From Rhizaria sp. SCN 62-66 (Eukaryota), in the NCBI GenBank assembly GCA_001724265.1, contig MEDY01000081.1, positions 62,001-126,000 of the forward strand: a stretch of 64,000 bases of DNA. The letters run 5' to 3'. Position 1 is the stretch's first letter; the number at the start of each line of letters is the position of its first letter. The notes below the pieces were generated by a model, which worked only from the letters and a program-made list of their open reading frames with translations, had not been told where the DNA came from and did not search any database. A program made the translations under genes and the position numbers. Below are positions 39,301 to 47,100 of the stretch, piece by piece.

Positions 39301-40281
39301 CTGCGTCGCCGCAGTCGTCGCAGTCGCATGGAACGACGACGATGTCGCTGCAGCAGTGTTGCTGTTGGTGTTGGCGGCGCCAAAGGGCCCCGAGGCCGGG
39401 GTCGTGGGGCCAAGCCGCGGCGTGCCCTTGCCCGCCTTCCCGCCCTTGCCGCTCGCAGCGGTATTAGCGCCCGTGTGTGCGCCCGCGTGCGCGGGCGTCG
39501 CCGCGGCCGCGGGCGGGCTCGTAACGCCGCTCACCGCAACACTCGCGGTCGCAGCACTCGCGGCGGCACCGGCAGCCGCGGTCGCGGGGCCGGCGGCGGG
39601 CGACTTGGCCGTGGCCGTGACCGCCGCAGCCGCCGCGGCCTGGCTCTGGAGGTACTGCTGGTGGAGCGAAAGCGCGGGCTTGTTGCGCGGGCGCATGAAC
39701 CGGTCCTCGACCTCCTGCAGCGCGTCAGTCACGTGCGCCACGCCGGCCGCCGCCGCGGGCGCCGCCACGGCGGCCCACAGCGCGACGGCCTGCGGCAGGT
39801 CGGCGGCGACGACGTTGTCGCTCGCGGTGACCGAGAGCAGCGCAGGCGCCGAGGGGTACAGGAAAGGCAGCGTGATCGTCGCGGTCAGGCTGCAGTGCGA
39901 GTCCTGCTTGTTGCTGTCGCCCCGCAGGGTAATCTTGTACGCCGCGCCGCCCACGCCGGCAGCCTCGGGCGAGATCGCGTCCTTGCTGTTGCTGCTGCTG
40001 GAGACGGCAGGAGCAGCGGGAGCAACGGCAGTGACGGTAGTGGGGTCGGGGAACGGCGTCGTGACGGAGAAATCGCTGTCGTACATCGACGATAACACCT
40101 CCAGTTCGTCCTCGCGCTGGGACAGCAGCGAGGCGCGCGTGTCCGCAGGCAGCGCGGCCCACTGCGAGGCTAGGGTGACTGGCGCGGCCGAAGCGGATGA
40201 TCCAGCCGCTGCAGAGGAGCCCTTGCCGCCGGTGCCGTCAGCAGCGGCGGAGCCGGTGCTGGCTCGTTTGCGGGGTGGCAT
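27340..40281 (-). CDS. GCN2: eIF2-alpha kinase GCN2-like (RWD, kinase, HisRS-like and anticodon-binding-like domains), 4313 aa, no introns seen
   Basis: RWD QREDELEVLSSMY...LPFLYPSAP (~39670-40125); kinase SRYRSDY..LGAGGQGEV..YAVKRI, HIVRYYHAWVE, long acidic insert, YLYIQMEFC, HRDIKPANVF, DFGLA, GTRVYSSPE; HisRS-like FQRHGAVHLSTPLL, LTLPFARFVA, GGRFD; MWRAGMRAE anticodon-binding-like region; stop TAA. Confidence 0.92.
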   Translation of the reverse strand: MPPRKRASTGSAAADGTGGKGSSAAAGSSASAAPVTLASQWAALPADTRASLLSQREDELEVLSSMYDSDFSVTTPFPDPTTVTAVAPAAPAVSSSSNSKDAISPEAAGVGGAAYKITLRGDSNKQDSHCSLTATITLPFLYPSAPALLSVTASDNVVAADLPQAVALWAAVAAPAAAAGVAHVTDALQEVEDRFMRPRNKPALSLHQQYLQSQAAAAAAVTATAKSPAAGPATAAAGAAASAATASVAVSGVTSPPAAAATPAHAGAHTGANTAASGKGGKAGKGTPRLGPTTPASGPFGAANTNSNTAAATSSSFHATATTAATQGPAVLSLAGHGASSGSGVTMSTSSSSSSSAGSGHGSYAMSSRHPNHPQHHPLQPPQQQLSSGGGQSPGHGLSLFSSGDFVASSAGGTGTGAGVFGSSGKAGLSELSPMIMQTTATTAASTSATPAMSSPPASTTAAGASARAAATNSTTSSSTVMATGKAAANAPLLPFSFSSTGLTLVTDSLAARLAAAVRSKESTLAQITADTQKCEAAASAATGEIERLAKTIANLTDMQQQQKGVFAPANATSPASGSSSSSNSSTDAVATAAAATAAAVATASAVVTAAAAVLAGIASRDGTAAGDRDGEELADFDSEQRRRSPPLRAIIAPALPAGAGAAAARGGAASRHSPGAGHHLSLLSSSAAIAVGEISLSSAKAGTAKSSKSFSGSGAPLGGLPLGDKSGLGLLSSQPALPPPTSPTAPSAGRSVDDGDAASALNTSAAANSNGDDEDEDAGGSGSSMLSLLSRAQKQRTALARQQVEQEALLQARSADLDSQIPLAELALAAARTAAARATARRQRLQAATEAAEAAVAGAEAAAAAEAKVIEARRKAAEKERQKEERAAAAAAAAAAAAAAAAAAASAAVVTTSESTLASPVSGTLPSATSTAATTASSAASEASGAPLTLAQILAQSKQQQPHDKHDKHDKHDKHGGVESSAGAGAAASAVSYASALAAPKGSKLHSSLKMAVPHRQVVFTGLNSTPASATAGIPAAPVVAAPEKAADKDKADKDKSPAGAVAVDRSPSFAAVAGGATPVTKTGACAGKPGVSRRGSLAPAAPAAFAPANAAATAGASAAAATGASPKSKKYNLPATSPAINNNAGAAPDTAAESAVAAAAAPAATEGRDASAPAASPSAAHGPPPAATVVAGLSWKAALAATLAASKPAAGAIAAASSAGAPGAMSRTGSSTNLAAGAAGAAAATAGPAPAAAAKVDTHAKSSTAAAPAPAAAAAATGNGTGNSSVYVFPAPAQSQPQGSASATVKAAAHSQSPALLSLPHHPHPQSLDPALFAASGSPMLPTALAPPHGHPHGHPHGLPGALGGGGGGVMMIPLDSTSPLLLPVQSPRTATARALAAASSPLLPTNTGGVNNNTGAAVNANGGGSSAVARAILSPSPSLSAAISVKPLAPAASGISTTSTGMGAALANAFDDNDSGVGLSFEAFLRQSTVNSTGSGHASSIGGLVSQIESQTPSQLSQSQSQSQPQPHADSRARVVASATAAGTPRSSSRATVTAAIAPTITITGVSGGGGGHRDSRGEKHFNDKKEKQKDRERRSGHGKDKPKDRDPSKERSKHGSKHKDKAKSSSSGKEPESASDAAAAAAAAAAKAKNRARMRQQLLSLTAESGEHEVYAEVVGEFRDYGIDDDDNNGGHGDDDDGDDGRSYADGDDDDGGDYDYDEDGNDARSGRQPLYSDQFLTTTTILGKSKSKGKLHQRGGNAAAAGNAIAGRNRGNGDDDDDDDDDDVFYPTTTTSGANVSSNAANVSGSRRGHAAGPRASGSGDSDSDSGSDMLSDATSASRSTRPSGLLRGEFGRDSPSFVAVGGLAHLPGPLSISGAASAAVGGAAGGGAGGSSSAGAGAGGAGRSAQFGKGGLLITSGPMLLSGPLGARGVAAPGSTTAATASSRANPSNSSTISSSSNSTSNAAAAPSATNGASNSNATGRTTTIALGEAPDDSFSSGSDAAGKQTAFGTMRATGASSSATAATIAPSAGTTGAVGATVLRKSSSRLSDTGSTRPHIVAGADSDTDGEHGPVALLPFPLPLPPGLAPPSPVPSPALLSHSTANAGALTSAFPNAASANVTIGSPGGMFSRARRGSGPSSHQSPSTPSSSLGDREHPPSLKGAAAALRGSPTKSAIIDSLLGGLSKGAGKKAKAGDSKSKGDAESTKGAKSKSSSKSKSSSKGSESLSSSQASAPPPEKSSQRRVSLSLGPLSSSMFAQGGDSDDDDSYDEDKDGDDDTNDASDYTDDEDEDEDDAGASDSGSEGADALWESLGGSTHGHGPNAHNNGNIGGSGALTLGLLGLDEHSLSLAAPSSQKLGRTKTTDSNKATTTKASKDTKAAAADSASLTGRTKHEKPINRVVSRPISRSASPFIETVPLPFPPSSPTFASASDAAAAASSSSTGTSFVLSSQAQPASTGGAGLSSTPHSLALHQQQMSPGTAAAVALTRFAPPSLTTHASSSLSGRSSFAGSPALVPASLAAAATASGGSGLALSPAAQPASNSATGIMFARTHMQPTQSQSQQQRPGSTTVSPGLRSALVMRTGISDVFIGADAETERAAFAEKKAALEAEYGVTPSRYRSDYTHLGRLGAGGQGEVMKARHNVDKLTYAVKRIQLKANDPATNKKTLREVSTLARLNHRHIVRYYHAWVEKSIGPQRMPDDDSQDKDEDEDEDEDEDEDEDEDWSDEYSPSDYDSNISGDDNEDDEDDDDEHDEDEDDNDGSVVFARSSFMGSSHGTDITTDEDEDEDEDEDEDENDDVDDDDDGGFTFAPAESESGSDYSFGDNSTTDDDDDGHGLMQKSKSKGQDKSKNKATGKSARGLSAAAGANCASTSSSATATKSLSHDDYGDFTEIFDRPDKRSKCKGAKSDKGKAKSSGKTDYKAGKGRVKATTVAAATATATAAHKKREQERRRRQRQRKAEAKVPKALRLYEYLYIQMEFCANETLYDVIKANTLWQTPDALWKYYRQILQALRFVHDNGVIHRDIKPANVFIDSSGNAKLGDFGLAIASQSGSVNASTSTAVLARHNSLRPVDWAQSETTGAVGTRVYSSPEQLAGQAYDSKTDIYALGIMFYEMWRPFNSGYERAVEIGHLRDVGSVPEGFLAAAFPPQSTVKPLEQEQVVEIIERSVQRRSADRPTAAELLQSGYVPFEVEHETMNQALMYACDESSGYFTPLVQQLFSRVADARFDTVYDTGLITIAAPSSSHSKRVFALATKARVKDRVVSGLTTVFQRHGAVHLSTPLLIPRTSRSDLPRATYLMDAAGTLLQLPPSLTLPFARFVAHNYESDRLFSIPTADTATGSAATRGPQSIPVELRRYDFDSVYKTRSDQTASTGPPFRSSLEAGFDIAWTVDKDTSHMRSSILTAEVLYTATEALTHCCIPSFAAHVSHATVMQIVLALAAQHCFFEHPVAATLQQPQARAPSLASKSPYFSAALSPATVLAPLSLDLASPSHHQLPPPTINTVGTNGLQRKSNHSKGDNSNSAGFGSSFGRGGNDLSHSTLDLTEHLAKDGKTAAAATANSNERAAPTYTPAEVYNAFLAFFKEFVTLLMPHVRALSTLALAATTAANTAAVPPGSAPGSSTGVRSSRLNSAHAAPFPLSPAQALVEIAKRLEAISDRAMSKFAPKLRSHMVPTLVLESLFMVASTLLPNPSREHVENAFLRVNDALLVLTPPRTRVLAAMASSTTVATGTTAAPGQGGHGLPFVPLALGDDDNAHRWQHMMSDTFAELRRFFEATASLGITATLDLGLILQPPHESVFSSGIIYQLHTSVDKIVKSRGSVTGATGGLLSSESFTTSASMNNLAALFTTPSNLTSSASSSSLSTYANSAGGAGNSAMTTTAAAAAAATAAAIVSVEQRTIWCSGGRFDSTLASFTLSTTTSTTAASLRGASACFALDRIVAFAMEPQARDSHDAQLLQKRLKALAKREPRTGVLLWLATGVATATAGGWLSQMWRAGMRAEMSRESVMGSEQAREYCKQLGLRWLVLLKPHLLKQRDVVEVYDLAPGGMVATLLISTKEFIGWVEDKHAAAVIEAVGHVTGRRIPTTGAPTAASAGAGDSGAAGAGGDATTGAAGAAAAAGPPARMTKRAAAAAAAAAAAAAAAAAAADGTGGDGKGSGGAGASGSGAGGKDSGGSNANMMVVTMIDPANSLSSFKKTNIEHEVIRVLRPLLGPLAPSSYLLYAIELEFGILRRVMARAALPAGRQTADQRLSELHFPSKSSRIKAIALMELVTDACRATGSNAPRYVYVYSVPDKKADFLML

Positions 40282-41185
40282 ACAGTGAAGAAAAAAACCT
40301 GTTGTTTGTTAAATCAGCCGCGGAACGCAACTGGGAGAGAAGAAAAGTCGCTAGTGCAGGTCTGAGATTGTTGATGACAGTGCGGTGGTGAACTGAGCTG
40401 AGTCTGGGGGGCGAGACATCAAGCGCACATAGAGGAAAGCATAAGAGGTGTGAGGAGAAATGCGCAATAGATGGTGTTAAATACAGCAAAAACAATGTCT
40501 GAGCGTCTGCATATGCGTCGAGATAGTTGTTGATGCAGCTGCCAAAGAGAAATTGAAGGAGAGCAGCTAAACGGTCAGCAGTCACTGCAATGGTAGGGTC
40601 AAAGACCCCATTGAACTGTCACAATGCCTGAAGGATGTGAGACCACAATTTAAAACAGATATATTTCATGGCTGGAGCAGTTCACACATAGGCTTTTATA
40701 TTATACTGGCGATTGTGTATCTAGATATCTTTGTGCAAAGATGCATGATTGGTGACTTTTTTCGGAACAGGCCCCGAATCGGCTGATAGTGGTTCGCAAC
40801 CTTCCAGCGCGCCAAACTCGTTCCTTTTCCTGTGGCGGCAGCCTCTCCGTCAGTTAGCATTTGGCGCGTATTCCGTAAAACTACATTATCTTTTGTAAAC
40901 AAGCGTTCAATTGTAAACCCATAGTAGCACGATAAATCTTCGAAATCACTCCGCTGAAACGCGTCCGCGAACCATGTCGCTTCCCTACTGCTCGCCTCTA
41001 TTCTACACGCTCGTATGGCCTATAACATCTCACAATACGCTATATTATCTTTTTTTCCTGCGCAGCATTTGCTTTGGCTTTGCTTTGCGCTTAGTATACC
41101 CTTAAGCACTTGCATAGCCCTCCTGTGCAGCGCCCCTCCCTCCTGCCCCCCCAGTTCGCGCCGCGGGCCCGCCGCCCCGTCCCCG

Positions 41186-44100
41186 ATGCCCGCGCCCCCC
41201 GCCCTGCCAGCGGTCCTCCCGCCCGCGGCCGCGCCCCCAGCGGAGCCGGCGGACCCTTCTGACGACTCTGCGGTGGCGTGCGACGTGTGCGGCATCGGCG
41301 CCTTCGATGACGACAACCTGATCGTCATCTGCAGCCTCTGCGACGTGGCCGTGCACCAGGGCTGCTACTCCGTGCATGACGTCCCCGCGGGCAACTGGTA
41401 CTGCAAGGCGTGCACCTGCCTTATCAACGACGCCGCCGCGGCTGCCGACGCGTCCCCGTACGTGCGTCTGCCGTGCTGCCTCGTGTGCCAGCCAGAGTCG
41501 CGCCTCGTATTCGCTCACGACGATCTGCTGGCCACCACGGCCGCCGCGGCGGGCGCGCGCACCAGCCAGGCCGTGCGCGCCGCCGTCAGCGCCGGCGAGG
41601 GCTACTGCTACGCTCCGCGCGCGCCCACGGCCGCGCTGCCCATCCCCGTCGCGCCCGCGCGCCCGGACCTCCCCGCCAGCTACTATGACAAAGTCTCCGG
41701 CTCCTGGTCCGCGCCGTCGGCCAACGCCAACGCCGCCGCCAGTAGCGCCGCCGATGCCGGTGGCAGCAGCGGCCGCAAGCCATCTTCGCGGCGGAGTAAG
41801 CCCGACAGCTCGTGCGCCGCCGCAGCGGCCGGGGATGCACTGCACCCGCTGCCCGCCCCATCGCCGACTTACGTGTACCCGACGCGGCCATCGCCCTTCG
41901 CGCCAGTGCCGTGTCTGCCGCAACTTTACAGCTGCTTTCCTGCGCCCGCGCCTGCAGACGCCGCCGCGGCCGCCGCGCTTGCCGCCGCTATGACCGGCCC
42001 CACCAGCTCCAGCTCGAGCTCGAGCGCGAGTGCAAGTGCTGGGGAGGGCTCGATCCGTGTCAAGCTCGAGAAGCCCTCTGCCGCCGCGGCTGCGAGCAAC
42101 AACAACGACGACGACAATGACGACAACGGCGATGATGAAGCGAACTCGCACGAGAGCGAGAGCCTGCTGCTGCGGCCGCCGCCGCGGTGGGGGCAGGTGG
42201 TCGGCGCGCTCACCACGGTTGACCCCGCCGACCTCGCCGCGCTCGCCGTCGCCGCCAAGGTCCGCGCGCGCCCGCGGCCGCCCGGTGCGGGTGAGGCGCC
42301 AGCCGTGACGCTGCTCAAGGCCGCCACTGGCGAGGTCCTGGCCAAAGCGGCCGACGCGGCTGCCCGGCCGGCGGGCAAGTTGGGGCCGGACGCGGAGTGG
42401 CGCCTCGTGCCCGCGCCGCCGCGGCCGCCGTCACTTTACTGCGTCGCTGCGGCCACGGGCGCCGCGGCCATCGTCGGCCCCGCAGCGGCCGCCACAGGAG
42501 TGGAAGTGAGCCCAGGGCCGAGGTTCTACTGTCACGTGTCGTGCGCAGACTGGTTGCCCAACTTATCCTTCGCTGACGACGACGCCGATGTCGGCGTGCG
42601 CGGGCTTGGTGCGAGCGAGACGGGGCGTTACAACCTCGTGTGCACCGTGTGCAAGCAGAAGGGCATGTGTCTGCAGTGCTCGCTGGGCAGCTGCAAGGTC
42701 GCCTTCCACGCGCACTGCGCTGTCAAGGGCGGGCTGGAACTCTCATTTAAGCAAGTCCAGCCGCACGGCGCTAAGCTCAACGGCAGCGGTGATTATGTCG
42801 TTGAAAAGCGGATCATCAGGTGCGCGGCGCACAGGGACGACAAAGTTGACTACTTTGTGACACCGCGGCATCGGGAATTTTGGAAGAATATCGCCAATGC
42901 CCCTGCATTGCATCAACCGCCCATGGTTGCTGACGATGCATCTGCAGTTTATCACAACAACAATACCAATCAAAAGAACAGCAATATCAAAACTGACAAG
43001 GACAATCACGGTAACAGCAAGAACTCAAGCTCAAAGAAGCTCGACTCGAAGCCTAGTGCTGCTGCGACAGCGGCTGGTCTCGGCCCGAGTCCTGCTTTGA
43101 TGGGCACTGTGGGGAATGCCACCATCAGCCCCTCTGACGCCAGCGCCTTCCCTGCCAGTGCCCCCGCTGCGAGCGCCCCCGCGCAGTCTGCTGCGAGCGC
43201 CAGCGCCAGCGCCAGCAGCGACGCCGACGCCTCCGCCCCCGTGCGCCGTGTCACGCGGTTCACGCCGCCGCAGTCGCCATCGCTTACCGCCCCGCGCACA
43301 GCGCCGCGCACTGTGCCGCGCACTGTCGCGCCCAGTCCGCCGCGTGAATCTGCGTCTGTGGCCGCCAGGATGAAAGACTCCGACGACGACGATAACGATG
43401 ATGACGACGACGGCGAAGACAAGGCTGTCAAGACTGAAAACGCATCGACGGCCAACGTAACCGCTGACGGCGACGGTGCCATCCCCGGTAACGCCGAGAG
43501 CGAGGGCGAGGTTTGGAGCGAGATCAGCGACAACTACGACGACTACGACGACGACCTGTACTGTTTTCCGCCGATTTGCGACAACTACACGTCGCGGAAG
43601 CTCACCTTCGCGCCCGTCCTTACCAACAACAGCAGCAGCAGCAGCGGCGGCGGCGGCGGTGCCAATGCGCGCGCGCGTGGCATGAGCCAGAAGCTGCGCA
43701 TCCGCCTGACGCCGGGGCTACGTTTTTCCTCCCCGTTCGCGTACGGGCTGGTGGACCGGCCCGAGGAGCAGCTGCCCACGCTCGAGCTCGACTCCGCCCT
43801 CGCCCTCGTCAGTGCAGGCAGCGCGGCGCCGGTCAAGAAGAAGGGCGCGGCGTCTGGCGCGGCCAAGGGTGCGCAGGGCAAGGCGGGCGCCGGCCTGCGC
43901 GGCGCGGCCAAGAGCGACAGCGACGACGACGCAAGCGACGGCGGCGCGGCCGAGGACGGCGGCCGGCGCAAGCGAGTGATCAAGTCCAAGTACGGCGGTG
44001 TGGCGGGCTCTTTCGGCGGCTTCGACGACGATGAAGAGTGGGAAAAGATCATGGCCCACGGCTCCAACATCTACGACGACGGGCTCAGCGACGATGCGGA

Positions 44101-47100
44101 GGAAGAGGATGGCTGGGGTGGCAGCGGCAGCAAGGGCAAGGGGAAAAAAGGCAGCAGCAAGAAGGCCAGTGGCAACGCCAGTGGCAAGAACAAGACGTTT
44201 TTCGGTGTCAATGCAACCGCAGGCAAGAGTGGGGGCAACAGCATCTCTGACCTCTACGCCTCCGTCTCGTCGCTGCCCTCTGGCGGGCGTGGCGGCAGCA
44301 GCAGCCTGAGCGCGCTCGCCGCCGTCAGCGACGACAACGTCAGCGTCGCGCAGTCGCTACGCGCGCTCGCCTCCTTCCTCCCGGTCCCGGGCACTGCCGC
44401 TGCCGCTTCCGCCGGCGCTGGCGCTGCTGCGGCGGCGGAGACTGCGGCGGCCGCGAGCGCCGGCTGTGGCAAACTCATCGACCTTCTCAACGCCACCGCG
44501 GACGCCGCCGCGACGGACGCGCTGAACGCGGCCATCTGCGTCGACGTCAACAACGCCGCGGCCGCCGAGCTCGCTCTGTCTCACATCAACAGCAACGGCC
44601 ACGGCCCGTCCGGCTCGCCCACCGCGTCGCTGCACCTTAACCCGGCTGCGCTGAGCCTCGCCTCCTCGGCGGCGCACCCGCTGTCCCCACTGGCCTTCTC
44701 GCCCACGCCGTCGCTCTCGCTGGCCGCGCTCGCGAGCGGCGGCGCGGGCAGCGGGCCCGGCGGCGAGGTGACTGCCGACGACGCCGCCGCGCTGGGCGTC
44801 GAGTTGGCCGACTGGGCGCTCCAGGCGCCCGCGCTGCGCCGCGTCTTCGTCAAGGAGGTCCTCGCGGCGGCCAGGAACAGGTCCAAGTACCTGCCGGGGT
44901 TCGCGCACCTGCGTCAGGATGACAAGGCGAGCACTATGAGCCTGGATAACGCGGAGAACGCTGGAACTAGTAAGAGCGCGGCTAGCAATAGCAAAAACGC
45001 TGCTTCCGCCGCCAGTCAGCAGATCAACGGCAACAAGAGCGACGCCGCGTCTGCGTTCGAATGGTACGGCAGCGACGTCAAGTCTGCTGGCGAGTTCATT
45101 GCGCGTGTCAACACCGAGTACTTTGCGGACAACATCGCGCTTAACATCAGTGATAAGACAGTCACGGTGACTCCGGTCGAGCTCCTGCAGTGCATCGCTC
45201 GCGACGGCGGCTTAACTGCATCTTTCACCTGCGACGAGCAACCTTTGAACGAGGAGTCTTTGCTTTCTGTTAACTCTAACTCCAAGAGCAAGACTGTCTC
45301 TGCGACCATGACTGTCGAGCTGGTGACTAAGTCTGACAGCAAAATGACGCAGAAGAACAAGAAGGGCGCCGAGACTGAAGAGAAACATGCGACCGTGAGC
45401 GCGAACGAGTGGCCGCTGGAAACAACGTTGCTTCCTCTCACCACGGCCACTGCTGCGAAAAGCAACGGCAACGAAGTCACTGCGGGTGACAACAAGAACA
45501 CTGCGCCGGCTCTCCTCCTGACTCGCATTGCTCCATCGATGTCTGACGATGCATCTGCTCAGACTGCTGCTGACGGCAAGGCCCGCGCTCTCTTCGCGCT
45601 GCGGCTGCAGCCCGCCACGGTCTCCGCTCTCGCCGCTGACGCCGCCACGAGCACTGATGCCGCGAGCGCGAGCGTGCATGCGAGCAGCATGCGCCACGCA
45701 GGTGTTGCGATGAGCGATAATGCCGATGACACCGACATTAGCAACCGTACCAGCGACAGCAGCGTCATCTCGCGCCTTCGTGGTGAAACTGCATTTGTCA
45801 CTGCCGGCGGTGCTAGTGCCTTTGAGATCCCCCTTAGCTCTGCGCACGCAGCCTCAATGGCGGCTGCGCTCGCACTCGAGTCTGACACGCTCCAGCAGCC
45901 CCCCGCGCCGTTCAGCTACACGCGCGTCTCAGTCATGCCCGACGGCGCGGCCGTGCCTGAGATCTACAGCAAGCACTACAACAACTGCGACAACAGCAAT
46001 AGCTCCAGTTTGAATGCGAACTCCTCTGTCAACCACACTGGGGCTGTGGTGGACTCTGCAGCGGTTGCGTTTGGACAAGTCAACTTCCCTCCCGTTCAAG
46101 CCGTCTCAGATGTCAGCACCCTGATCCCCCGTGCATCCCCTTGTGAAGAGAAATCGCCCAGCGCGACCCCCTTGCTCACGGTCACCCTCGGTCATGTCGA
46201 CGCCAAAGCCGCCGCCGCTGCCACCGCAGCGGCAGCGGCGGCGGCTGCAGCGGCTGCGAGCGCTTCAAAGAAGGGTGGTATCTGTAACCAGAATAAGGCA
46301 TCAAGCGGCCGTTTTTCGCGCGCCCCCAATACGCACACAGCGCCAGTCGTCCCGGAAGTTGATGACAACAGCGGCGACAGCAAGCGGCTGGAGTATCAAC
46401 AGCGGATGAGCTCGCTCTACTCCCAAACAGCCGGTTTCTACAGTCCACTTGGCGCGGACAACGGGCCCAACGTCGTTGTGGCTGACACAAGTCTTCTGCT
46501 CCTCAACAAGCAGCAGCAACAAGAGCAACAGAAGCAATGCGAAGCTCCTGTTGGCGCTGGTCTCAACAGCGCTCTGACTCTGCACTTGCAGACCGCGTCA
46601 GTTGCCCAGTTGCCCTCTGGCGACTCGGCTCCGAGCGCCGTCAAGCAGGTTGCGGTGACTGTGACCGCGGGCGACTGGTGCTTGCGCGCAGTCCATTTGC
46701 TCAAGAAGCCCCCCACCATGTTCCCCGGGTCTGACGCCGCGGGGGACGCCGCCGAGGCAGGCGCCCCCGGCACGCCGTCGCAGCGGAGCAAGTCGCGGCA
46801 AAGCGGCAGGACGGCCGCCAAGTTGGGTGCGAGCGACGACTCGGCGGCGCCGGTCGGCGCGGCGCACGTGTTGACCGAGCTTCACACTGCGTATGCACTG
46901 CTGCGCGCTGTTCAGGTGGAGAACGCACGTCTCGCGAGCATCGCGCTCGCAAACGCCAACGCCGCACCTGCGAAAGATGTTGTGAAGGTGGAACACGTCG
47001 CGCCAGTGCCGCAGCAGAAGCAAAGTCCGCAACAGCGCAGCGACGCTCTGATTGCTCTGCTCGCGCGCTACCGTGCCTGGCGCCAGCGCGTGTCCGTGGC

